A stretch of DNA of 43,346 nt, taken from the NCBI GenBank assembly GCA_021432655.1, contig MU271568.1:1-43346 (forward strand). Direction: 5' to 3'. This DNA comes from Atractiella rhizophila. Taxonomy: Eukaryota. Shown in pieces: positions 11,638-23,181 of this stretch. A model generated the notes under the pieces. That model searched no databases. It saw nothing but the letters and a program-made list of their open reading frames with translations, and was not told the DNA's origin. Each line of letters begins with the position of its first letter. Position 1 is the stretch's first letter. The translations under genes were made by a program, and so were the position numbers.

Positions 11638-14367
11638 CTACTTTTTCGACTTCATGGCCTTCTTTATCTCCTCCGTCGGCTCATTTGGTACGTAGGCTCG
11701 GATGCTCGTAAACTTTTGATCAGGTTTGAATTTTGGCGGGGGTAATCTGCTATTCGATGGAGTCGAAGCGTTGGGAAGCGGGGTAGACGAAGGTCGAAGA
11801 GGGGGAGCGACCGGAGCGATGTTGACGGTCTGCAACGTCGGTTTAGAGAGGACGATGGGGGTGTTAGGTTTGGGAGGGAGGGATTCGACGCTCGACTTTG
11901 ATTTTGAGGGAGATTCGTCGTCGTCCAACTCAGCAAGGAAGGCCTCGTAATCCTCTGCAGAGACTTCAGGTGGCGTTTCTGTGGGTAGGACAGAAATGGG
12001 CTTCGGAACCCGCGAACGGTTGAGCCGTGGCGTCTTGGCTATGGACGGTGGATCAGGAAGTTGTGGGGGTGCGGCGACTTCAACTGGTGATGATGCTTCC
12101 TCCTCTGCTTCAGGAAGGGTGGCTGTGACGTCGTCAGGGTCGACTTGTTCGAATTCGATATCATCGTCGGAATCGTCGTTCTCGACTTTCTCCCTTTCCT
12201 TCAGGATTGCAGTACCGTCATCTTCTCTTCCGACCCGAACATCCAGCTCGGTAACATCCGGAAGGACTTCCTCCATTTCCATATCTTCATCGTCCTCATC
12301 TTCTTCCTCGACTCTCTCTTCTCCCTTCTCCCTCTCCCACTCCGCAAAAGCCTCATCGATTCCTCCATCGTCATGCTGTTTCGAAGGACTCTCCACCTCT
12401 TCCTCCCTCTCCATCTCCATCTCAAACTCCTTAAAAGCTTCTTCAATTCCCTCTTCTCCGTCATCCGCATTACTCTCCGGAGGACTGGCGCCCAAATTCG
12501 ATTGATTGCTCGATCCACTCCCACTCCCGCTCTTCTCCATCGGCGCATTCTGAGTGTCAGAATCTGGCGAGGTGACAGGGGTAGGTAACTGCTTCTTTAC
12601 CTTCTCCGGTTCCTTCTCAACGACAGGAGGGAGCGTGGATTTTGTAGTGGGTGCAAGTGCAGGAGCGACGGTGGACGGGAGTGCGAGGGAAGTAGTGGAT
12701 GTGGAAGCGGAGGAAGCGATGGAAGTGACAGAGGGAGTGGTCTGATGCTTGCTCCTGAAAGGTCCACGTCCGAATTCCTCCACTTCCAATCCCTTCACAC
12801 CTCCACCTCCACCAACCGCGGTCGGGATGTGTGTAGAGGTAGAAGGGGAAGGCTTGGCTTTCTTCCTCGCCAGCGCCACGTTCTCCGCTCTCACCCGTTT
12901 ATTGTTTTCGTTCGTCTTCTCTTCCTCCTCCTTTCTCCTCATCGTCACACTCGAGGTCTTCAACGAACTCGTTGAAGCATGCGAGGCATGAGCAGTTTTC
13001 GTTGGTGGTGCAACCGATTTCCCCTTCATCGGCGGCTTCTTGATCTTACCCCTCTCCCTCGTCGCCGCCTCGGCTCTCTCCTTCGCTTTCTCCCACTTCT
13101 CGCCTTCCAGCACAGCATCGTGTCTCATCAGCCAACCTCCCGACATGACTTCCATCTCGTACACCCCATCGTCCGAATTCCAAACCAGAATGGTTTCCAG
13201 ATTCTTGACTCCTCCCGCTGGAGGCTTGACCGTTGCTTTGTAGGACGCATTAGGAGGTAGGAGGAGTGATACATTCGTCGTTCCGTTGGAGTGAGATGTG
13301 GTGAGGTAACCTTGTTGAGAAGAACCGGCGACTTGTCCATTCATGAGATTATCTAAACATCACAGGAGAAGCGAAGAGTTAGCGTCAATGACTAGTGACC
13401 ATAACCGTGAAACATTAACACGGAGATTATGCATTGGCGTTGGAGAAGGTCGAGGAAAAATTAATGGATGGATGGACGTTAGCGGTTATGGACTTCCGCG
13501 CAAGATTATCCGGAATATTCCATCCTGTTTGGTGACGCCGCTTCGTCGGAAAGAGCGGGGAGAGCCATGCGGCACGATCCAACGTGCTCGCCCGGTCTCT
13601 CTTCTGGCCTCCAACCGATACTTTCTGTCATCGCTCATAGATATGGAGAGCGAGACGAGACTCTCTGCAGCGTCGCAGTGAAATGCCATAGAAAATTGTG
13701 CTAGTGCGACGGTCGCCAATGAATAAGCTCCGCATAAGCGAAACTGCGACAGAGCTCCAAGTTTAGGGAAGATGTTCTAAGACAGAAAAAACGATTCTAG
13801 AGGCCATTGAAGCCTTGCACGCAGGGAAAAAAGGCCATTGAAGTTAAGAAGGGCGAGCCGATCACTGTTTGTTTGACTCGGGTCATGCATGCGACACTGC
13901 CCAGTCAAGCTCCGCATACAGCGTCGTCAGCAGAGCATAAGCAGTCCCACCTTGGAGGTGTGATTTGAAAGAGTGGTACACATCTGAACACCTGAGACAC
14001 AAGGCAAAAAAACACATCATCGAGCTACTGGAGCTCTCCTGAACTTTGTCCCCAGCGTAGAACGATAATACCAGCGTTTGTGGCGTCGAAAACGCCGGTT
14101 CACTTCACAGGTATAATGACCATGCCCAAACTCATCACACAGTCGATAAGAGAGCAAAAAGAGAAGAAAGAACCCGGTAGCTAAGGAAAGGAAAGGCTCA
14201 CGTCTCAAGCCGATGTACTGTCCATTCGTTTTCTCCACCTCTTTCACCAAAGAGGGTAGATCGCTCTCGTTCCCTTCTTCCGATCTGGCTCTGAGCAGCT
14301 GAAGCATCGACTTTCCGAGTCTTATGTTTTGACGACCTTTCGGTAGGAATCCAGAGGATGCCGACAT
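11638..14367 (-). CDS. ELL-associated factor (EAF-domain) Pol II elongation factor with a long acidic disordered tail; exons 14367-14202 and 13352-11638
   Basis: Spliced N-terminus G-x-x-x-I-x-LGKS...YIGLR|HNL...GYL...VSLLLP...YKATVKP...ETILVWNSDDGVYEMEVM resembles the EAF N-terminal domain pattern. Phase-1 intron GTGAGC...GCTAAC...TTTAG. Confidence 0.7.
13353..14201 (-). other. Unusually long (849 nt) structured intron of the EAF gene; candidate ncRNA or cis-regulatory RNA
   Basis: Donor at 14201 and acceptor at 13353 restore the reading frame. Contains many stems and duplicated 12-mers. Confidence 0.65.
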
Positions 14368-16285
14368 TTTGAGCTGCCCTGTCGCATTCAGCGAATTCAG
14401 TCGGGATGGGTAGGGGATGTGAAAATACCTCGAATTCGATGGAATCCTGGATATGCGGATGTATTCTGGAGGTATTGGAAGTGAAGGAGAAAGGGGTGCA
14501 AAGCGCAAGTGTTTCGGGTTTATTATGCGAATGCGACAAGGGAGCACGCGGCAGCGGCAGGTTGTCACCTTGTCGTCTGATTCGCCAGCCAGGCGGGGGC
14601 AGGCAGGTTGGAGGAGATGTGGTGGAATGAGTGGTCGGTCGTGAATGGCTGAAATGAAGAAAAGGGAAACAAAGCTGGTCGGATGGAAGCTTTCGACAGA
14701 CTCCAACAACAAAGTTTCGATCGCTCGGAAGTTTGCTATCTCCGAACAGCACCAACAGCGGCCACTTGGCGATTCCTCAAAATTCCTCTGAAAATTCTGA
14801 AATCAGCCGCAATCAGCTGGATTGATTAGCTATGAGTAGGGATTAGTAGGAGAGAGTTGCTGAGGAGGGTGAGATGCTGTTTTTTGTTTTCTGTGTGAGT
14901 TGGAAATAGCCTTTGCTGTACTACCAAAGAAGTCGATATGACGATCCGTACGCGTCCCCGTCACGTTGGTGGGCGTAAGGTACGTTTCGGACGACAGACC
15001 TTCCAGGCCCACTCAAGTATACTCATACAAGCAGTGCACCTTGTCTGCCCACGCTCTTCTTGGTCGTGCCTTTTGACCTTGTCGAGCTTTCCGTTCCAAC
15101 TATTGATTGATCTTGATCTCTTAAGTGCCCTTTCTTTGCCTCACATGTTCACCAACTCGGAGGTTTGTGTCTGGACACGGTCTGTTGAAAGCTTGGAGAT
15201 GTACTACTTGTGTGATGATAGGAAGGATTGGGAACGAAATCCAGACTTCCAGACGCAGCAGAAAGCACACAAGGTCAAGCCTGCCATCCATCATTAAAGT
15301 TGTTGACACTGGCACAAAACTGAAAGTGGCCCGTGCAAGCTTTGAGCAAGAACAACGGGTGGCGGTCTCCGATCTGCCATCACGAACGAGTTCTCATCTC
15401 CATCTCACCGCTACACCGATCCGATGTCCCGCAATCACGCCCGTGCGGTGCGGATAGCGACGCAAGTCGTCCATTGCTGTATCGAGAAATACAGTGCTGG
15501 AACGGAATGGAGCGCCACTTGTGGTTCAGCCTGCCAGTGAACTTGACGGGAATGTTGAAGTTGCAGTCTGTTAACTGTCAGCTGTCAAATGGAGGCGAGC
15601 AAGGTTAGAGGTAGCGTGAATCCGTACAGGAGGATCATCTCGTCGGAGAGTGAGTTGACCGATTGAAAGCGGCTGTCCAGCGAGCCATGGGGGAATGGAT
15701 GGGGGATAAGCGAACGAAGACAGGGACACAAGAAGAATGACCCTGTTTCTTTCATCATGTGTGGCCATGGCTCGCTGAGGAAGAAAATGGGTTTCCCCTC
15801 CAGAGTTCGTCTAGCATCTTTGCAGCAAGTTTTATTTGACCGCATAGCTACACAGCCATGGCACATTATCTGCAAATTCTTCTTGCTTTTTGCTTCTCTT
15901 GCGAGTGAAGCTCTTCGACTTGGGTACCGATTTTGGGAGTAACACTCTGTGCCCTTGCTCTCTTATGGCTACTTCCATCAAGTGAAACCACCAATACTCA
16001 AACCCGCCTTCGTAATCTAAACGAATGGGTAAAACTGAAGAAGAATTGGATGCAAATACATATTACCACAAGCGAGTGTCGCCTGATGAATGCGACACGC
16101 TTGTGCTTTCAGCGTAGAGTTTTGCTTGCTTTGTTGACCCTCTCCGAAATGATGTGTCACGCTGACTTTGGCATCTCAACTCGAGTCAGCGAGAGGTTCG
16201 CCTACGTTAAATTGAATTTCGGTCTCACCTCTACCTTTTCAAGACATCCTGAAAATAACAGGAATTTGGAGAAGCTTAGAACACC

Positions 16286-18511
16286 ATGGCACAACCTCAT
16301 CATGGAGGTCCAATGGACCTCACTTCAGGCTTCCCACAACCCACTGATTTGCTGGATGACGAAGGGAATGTTCCGAGAAACGAAGCTCCCGAGTGCCCGC
16401 CTAGTCTTCAAGCGAGAAGACGATCTTCACCGACACAGTCTTTGAAAAATGGACGCGGCGCCAACGAAAATACACCCCTCCTGGCACCAGATACAGATAG
16501 TGGAATGCCAGGATTGTTTGACGAACAATGGAACAGTAGGAAGGAACTGTGGCTTCTCGTTCGCTACGCGACTCCGATATTCGCGACGTATTGCTTTGAG
16601 TATTCGCTCTTGATGGTTACTGTTTTTAGTTTGGGCCATTTAGGAACGAAGGAATTGGCTGGTGCATACTCTTTATCGTAAACTTGACGCACATCTCATG
16701 TTTTCCTTGGATATCTAGCCGCATCCCTGGCGTCGATAACTGCCAACATTTCTTGCATTTCACTGGTTTCTGGAGTGTGCTCGGCGATCGATTCTCTTTC
16801 TTCCCAAGCTTTCACCTCTTCCGATCCCAAATCCACCTCTCTGCACGCCTTGAGGACTTACCTCATATTGCTGCTATTAGCAATTCCCCAAATCACATTA
16901 TTCTGGCTAGCAGAGCCGATCTTCATTGCTCTCCGACAGGATCCTGAAGTAGCTCAGTTCGCGTCAGTTTATCTTCGGGTGCGTCGCTTCTTCTGCTATT
17001 AGAAAGCCAGCTCAAACCTCAACAGATAGTGAGCTTCGGTTTACCAGCTTCCGCAGGCTTTGAGTGCACTCGAAGATGGCTGCAAGCTCAAGTAATTCCT
17101 CTCTCACCTTTTATCACTCCCTGTTAAGCCATCGAACAGGCATTGATGACGGTTCCTACCCTAGCGACAATACTAACTTTACCGATTAACATCGCAGGGA
17201 ACATCCTTCTGGTCTGGGGACCAGATTCAATCCGGATTGGTTTTGCCGGAGCTCCTGTCGCTACCGTCCTATCTATGTGGTTCATGTTCTTGTTCACTTT
17301 AGCATACAGCGTGTGGTGGGTGGATAGGAAAGGCTGGGGTGGATTTTCGATGGAGATTCTCGAAGCTAGAGGTTTGTACATTTCCCATCAAAAGCCCCTT
17401 GTTGATTTAAGCAGGTTTGTGGATGAACTTCAAAATGGTACGCCAATGAGTTGGGAAATGTAGTTGACTTTTCAGCAGGGCATCGCAGGTATCCTTATGG
17501 TGGTACGTTTCTCCTGGGTGAGTTTCTCTAGGAATTTCTGAGCGTCCGTAGGGGAGTGAATGGTGGTCATGGTCTGCTCTATCTCTTCGAAATCTCTTTA
17601 TAGAATGATCGCTGTCAGGGAAATCATTGCGTTGGGAGCCTCGCAAATGGGTCCAACTCAGATGGCGGCTCAAAGTGTCCTCACCACCACAACCGCCTTT
17701 ATGTATCAGCTCCCAGCTGCGTTGGGATCGTGCGCTGTTTGAAGGATTAGGAGGATCTTCACTAACGCTGCCTTAGAGCTGCGGCTGTCAGAACTGGGAA
17801 TTGCATCGGTGCAGGATCTGCGGCTCTAGCAAAAAAGACGAGTAATTCTTTTCGTTCATTGAGTCAAACCACTCCTAACAATGATATGCGACAAAGGTCG
17901 AATTGCAATCTTGTTGGCAGCTGGCGTTTCCGTAGTGAATTCACTTTTGCTATTCCTCCTCAGGAACAAGTGGGGTTATCTCTTCACGGGTGACACTCAT
18001 GTTATCGAACTTGTCGCTTCAGTTTTGCCATTAGTAAGTGCATAAGAGTGTATGCGGACCAATCGTCTGATTTTCCTATCGTTAGGTTGCGGCTTTTCAG
18101 TTGGGCGACGCAGTGTCAGGAGCCTCGTTCGTTGTCCCCCACATCGTAGTGTCCATGACATGACTTGGAGTATAGTATGGGTATACTGAGGGGTATGGGA
18201 AGACAAAATATCGGAGCAGTCATCAATTTCAGTGCGTCTTCCAATCTTGGCCAAAGCCTCATCTTTGACACATGAACGTAGCTGCCTATTACGTGGTCGG
18301 GTTACCGCTCGGTTTCTACCTAGCCTTCTCTAGCTTTCATTTGGGTTTGTTTGGGCTGTGGACGGGCTGCACTGTCGCCCTATATGGGACCATGATTTTC
18401 GGTGTCTTTTATATTGCGAAAGCAGATTGGACAAAGGAGGTGCGGCGGGCACGAGACAACTTAGCTGCCCGAAAGTCAAACTCCCATACGATCGCTGACG
18501 GTACTGTCTAA
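16286..18511 (+). CDS. MATE-family efflux transporter, multi-exon
   Basis: Motifs LGHLGTKELA, SAIDSLSSQAFTS, RRWLQAQ, IGFAGAPVAT, GSEWWSWEIIAL, AAAVRTGN and AYYVVGLPLG are recovered across short introns. Confidence 0.92.
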
Positions 18512-18777
18512 CATTCAAAGTGTGTTATTGCAATCACTACGTTGATGAGATCCTACAGAAGACAGCAATCTACTCTGCCTTCGAAAAGCTTGACGGAGCT
18601 TCATCAACTTGTTAGGGACCAAGTCTGACAGAGTGATATTCAAAAGGTATGAAGACAACGCCTGCGTGATTAGGCGTTCCTCTCAAGTAGTCCGCTCCTA
18701 TCTTTCAGACAGTGAGCCCTGTTGCACACATTGAGGTTAGTTGCGGCTGTTCAAGGAGAAAAACCCACAGGAATTGC

Positions 18778-19815
18778 TCAGTACTCTGCTTTTACATCAT
18801 TCAATAAGCTGACCAGTTCCTCGACAACAATATGAGGGGCCTCGAGAGGTATCAAATGACCGCAGTTTTCTTCGATAACCCTCACCCTGACGCTGAATCC
18901 CGCTTTGTCAAAACTGTTCTTCGTCTCCTTCTTGACCTTCTCTACTGGTTCTACTTTGTCACCATTTGATGCAAGAATCCGAACGGGGAAATGCTCTGAT
19001 GTTGCCTGACTGACTTCAATCCGTTCTGCCATCCCGAATTCCACCCATCCTTTTTTCGCTCCATCGCTTCCACTGAGGCTGTCCCGAATTATCACCTCAA
19101 TGTCTTCCTCCCCACCACGCAAATAGACCCCGTTGTCAGAAGCGAGGACGTTTCGCACTGTCCATTCTACGGTTTCTCTCGTTTCGTAAGCATGAGATTG
19201 CTGTTCTCTCATTTCAACAGGAAGAACGAGGGGAGTAGGAGGAGCCGGAGCGAGAAGCACAATTCCACGGAGAGGCGGGAGGTGAGCCTGGTTGAAAGGA
19301 GAAGAGGTGATCATGTCCAAAATTGCCATGCAAACCTTCCCTCCCATGCTGTGACCACAGAGTACGAATCCGCTTGAAGGAATGAGGTCGTCCTCGACGA
19401 ATCGGGGGAGGAGGGAGAAGACGTCTGACGCTAAAGCCTTTATGGAGTACGAAGCTGGGTGGTCTGGAATGGCGCAGGAGGACCCACCCCAACCGCGGAC
19501 GGAGATGGCGATAACAGTCGAAGAGGGGGAGGTACCATGCAACGTAGTTGCTTGAAAGAGGGCAGGCGGGATGTGATGATATGTTGAAGCAGATCCACCC
19601 CAATAATGTAGGCAGATGATGGTTGGATCGGGGTTTCTACCCACATTGTGAGATGGAGGATAATGGATCAGTGCGTTAATTTCGAGAGCACTAGAATCGA
19701 GTGGATTCTCTATGGTGAAGAAGCGAGAACTTGGGTTCATGTTGAAGGCGGTCCAAGAGAGAATGAGGGCGAATGCTGAGATCACTCCGTTTATAAACAG
19801 CTCCACGCCACTCAT
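18778..19815 (-). CDS. Alpha/beta-fold hydrolase, intronless (start may be the ATG at 19740)
   Basis: LHYWGGS oxyanion region, GHSMGG nucleophile elbow, D in NGDKVE, catalytic H in GHLIPLE. Confidence 0.9.
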   Translation of the reverse strand: MSGVELFINGVISAFALILSWTAFNMNPSSRFFTIENPLDSSALEINALIHYPPSHNVGRNPDPTIICLHYWGGSASTYHHIPPALFQATTLHGTSPSSTVIAISVRGWGGSSCAIPDHPASYSIKALASDVFSLLPRFVEDDLIPSSGFVLCGHSMGGKVCMAILDMITSSPFNQAHLPPLRGIVLLAPAPPTPLVLPVEMREQQSHAYETRETVEWTVRNVLASDNGVYLRGGEEDIEVIIRDSLSGSDGAKKGWVEFGMAERIEVSQATSEHFPVRILASNGDKVEPVEKVKKETKNSFDKAGFSVRVRVIEENCGHLIPLEAPHIVVEELVSLLNDVKAEY

Positions 19816-20080
19816 CCTCTCTCTCTCCCTTACCGTCGCTTACGTCAAGGGGAGACTGGAATTTTGGTAGACCGCTTCGACCGCCTCTCTCTTCCGTCCC
19901 TCGTCCCGAGTGACCGCAGACTTCCGATGCACTTGCTATGTCAGCGGGAAGGGACCAAAAAACGACATGATGAACAACTCAAGAGAGGTTCACGACAGGC
20001 ACAGGCTGGTTAACCAAAATAATACAGCACTCACATTGCACACTGCACATCCACATCCACAACGACATTCGGTCCCGTGC

Positions 20081-21724
20081 TCAACCAACATTCCTCCTCA
20101 ACCTCCTTCCACCGACCGCGCCATCTTTCTCCTCACTTTCACTTCCGCTCCTTGCCCTCTTTATTCCCCTCTCCGATTTCTCATCCTCCAACGGTACCAC
20201 CGCTGGACTTCCGCTTCCACTTTGAGCCGAAGGCGCCAGAGCTGGAGCGAGGGAAGTGGAATTCGCCGCTTCCTGCGCCGCGCCCTTTCCTTTCAGGACC
20301 TTCAACTGATTCTCGCTCTTGATCAACGTTCTCTTGAGCTCCACTAGGTTCTTTCCCATCACCCAAAGCGCCTCCAACCGGTCCATGTTGCCTCGAGTGG
20401 GCATGATGAGCCGCTGCGGGACGCGGAGGGACGTGAGAATCTCTGTGAGGGGCTTCGACAGCTCAGGCTTCATGGGATCTGTGACTGGACCGGGACGGAA
20501 GGATCGGAGGTGGGCGCTGGTGTGAGTGAGAGAGGGGTCGCGAAGGATGCAATGTTTCAGATCTGGCGAATGATTCGGATCAATCAGATAAACAAACGTT
20601 GTAGAAGGACGAGGGGAGAAGGAAGACTGACCAGAGGCAGAAATCTTCTTTTCATCCCTCTGCTTGCCCTTGCGACCAGTCATGTTCACTCCGACGCCAC
20701 CGTTCCCGCCAGCGAGAAGAGCCAGCAGCTGATCTCGCTCTCCTCGGATACGCGAAAAGTTTTGGGTGATTCGTCGAGACTCGAGGAAGAGCTGGGATTC
20801 TTGTTTGACTTCTGAAGCGGAGCGGGAGAGGAGGGATTGAAGGTACAGCTTCCTAGCTACTTCTCGTGCTTCACGAAGCAAAATCGGTATCAATGTGGAA
20901 ATAAGTGACAAAGAGTAGGGACGTACATTTATCGAAGTTATAGCTTGCTAACAAGCTTTGATACTCATCCTGCGGTATTGTCGCTTGCCTCGATCGTATG
21001 AGCTTGCGACAAACACTGTAATAACGAGCTTTAATATCCTCCATAGTACGGCTTGGCGCAGTCTCAGCGGTGGAGGATGTGGAAGGAAAATCATAGCGAT
21101 CGTAAATGACGGGCCAGCGGAGCTGATATTCGAGGACCAAATCAAAGAGATAGTCCGTTTCCGCTTTCGTCCATTCTTCGTCTGTTCGTGACGCTGTGAG
21201 TCAACTGCCATTGAAGAAGGGATCAACAAACCGCGTAGGTAGTTTAGGTATTCTTTATCCGTGTAGGTGTAAACGTCTGCTTGAATGTTATACTTGGCGA
21301 AGGGATACTCTAGTTTCGAAGCAACTTATCAACTGACCATCCCACCTATAACAAGGAAGAACTGCATACCAGTCTGTTTCTCCCCCTTCTGCCTAACCCA
21401 ATGAGACAACTTCAAGCCATCCTCCCTCGCATTATTCTCAAACTGCTCCCACTTCCATTTTGTGACTTCCCTCTCTTTGCCCCACCCACCCCATCTACTC
21501 CTACTCTTCTTCTCCTCCGGCCTCCCCTTGAACTTGGGCTTAATGATCGGCTCACTCGCTGCAACCAAAGGCGCGGCATTATCGCCCATCAAATTATACA
21601 GTTCTCGCGTGAGACCAGATGCTCGGACATTGGACTTCTTTTTCGGTGCTTTTTTCGCTTTGGAATCATTGGGTCCTCGTGCTGGCAGGGAAAGGATGTC
21701 GCGTATGTCTTTCGCTGAGGCCAT
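20081..21724 (-). CDS. SWC4: SWR1/NuA4 complex subunit Swc4 (Eaf2/DMAP1), SANT domain; 4 exons
   Basis: DIRDIL, RELYNL, WKWEQFENNAREDGLKLSHW, YPFAKYN, WTKAETDYLFDL...LRWPVIYDRY, RTMEDIKARYYSV. Confidence 0.93.
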
Positions 21725-23181
21725 TGTGAGCAGAATTTTCTTGCGCCTTTCCCTTTTGAGCTCTGGAGCCGGAGGAGAGTGGGTGTCTCGTGTTCAGGGA
21801 CTCGAGACGGTTGATGAACCAAGGTTGGATATGGTCGTTGAAATTGCTCAAGAATACTCACGTGACTCTAAGGAAGTGTGGATACGATGACTCCTCCGTT
21901 AGAGTCATGGTTCCCGTCTACTGCTTCGACACCACTTTGGGGAATTCCCTGTCCTTCCAACACCTCTTCTCTCCCCATCATTCTCCCCCTCATTGCAACA
22001 TTCAGGTCACACATTAGGTGATCCTGTAATGATTGTTAGTATCTCTCCTTACTCCCCTATTCCGTCTCTTATGATTGTTACTTTGCTCTCTTGCATATTC
22101 GATGATTGTTTATGGTATCATTGGTATTTCATGTTTATATAAGGCCTATCGTACAGCTATGTAAATTCAGACCTCATTCCGCACTCTCGCATTTCTAACC
22201 TTAACCTTTCCGTATACGCCGTATTCACAAAAGCTGGAGTTGGAAAGTCGAAAGATTGCCAGATGCTATAATACAGGTGAAAGGCTGGGAGAGGTGTGCC
22301 ACGGTGTGTGCTGGTTGAGTACTGGACTGAGGTAACAGCGAGGTGGGAGTCCTGCATTTCATGGTGCAGCTTTTGTTGGAGTGCTGCAGAGGTTTACACA
22401 GGTGCGCTCAGCTCGAGAACATCATGATCTGCATCATGATGGTACGACCGTTTGATGCTTGTCTGGGTAATATCCGTGTCAGAAGCATGTCCATCCCTTA
22501 CTTTCCACCCCCGCTTTGAGTCAATCCACATTCATCGTCTCTTTTGAACAGTCTCTTTCTCTTTCTTTTCTAACTCTGGCTAACTGGTGGTCTCGTTGTT
22601 GGGCTTTGTTTAAATGCCTATTCCTACCCTGAAAATACCCAAAATGCTAAATCTTTACTTCTCCTTCTCCAGGCGGCGTGCATGAGGCGAATGTGATTTG
22701 ATTTGGTTTGGTTTTAATGCCATTTGAAGCAGACGAGTTTCCGGGGCGCTTGATAGCATTGCCATAATTGTATCTATTGTGAAAGTATCATGGTGATGCC
22801 AAATCTCACATGTGCACCGACTAAAAGCCGACTTGGTTGCCTCCACTTCTTTCTACTGCGTGTGGAGGGCACCACACGCGCTGATTGATCCCCATTGATG
22901 GCTTACGATTCTTTGGATGCATTTTTCCCTTCACATGGAGGAACGGGCGAAAATCTCAGCGAGTTGGATCACCGTGACAGGAAGGCCGGCTCTTTGATTA
23001 TTCTACATCTGTGGTGATGGAAGAATAGAGAAGTCAGCTTGAACAGTAACGGCGTAGTTGTTTCTGTGCTTAAGTGAGCAGGGAACAAACGATATAAGAA
23101 TGGACACTTCACTTTCTTTCTCTCACATCGAATAAACCATCCAATCCGGGCAGAACTTTTTCAAGAAAACATCAATCCAGA

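Noticed and set aside
11726..13260. Long plus-strand ORFs overlapping the EAF gene, and similar ones opposite PHO89, SIS1 and SWC4
   Set aside because: Antisense shadows of real low-complexity coding sequence.
13672..13935. Hammerhead-like fragments (GAAAC plus a stem; CTGACGA on the minus strand)
   Set aside because: The core elements are on opposite strands, the cleavage triplet would be GUG, and GAAA is missing after CUGACGA.
13990..14080. TPP riboswitch-like words (CTGAGA ... GAACTT ... GATAATACCAGCG)
   Set aside because: They are antisense to the host intron, the P5 stem (CUGG/CCAG) cannot form, and there is no thiamine-related gene.
14900..15330. Intron-like GTACGT...CAG segment and a box C-like GTGATGA
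   Set aside because: No credible CDS and no recognisable rRNA guide or terminal stem.
22194..22208. CTAACCTTAACC resembling a telomerase template (also CCCTAAAC near 13761 and AACCCCTA near 34502)
   Set aside because: Each is mismatched or too short for 1.5 telomeric repeats, and no pseudoknot was identified.
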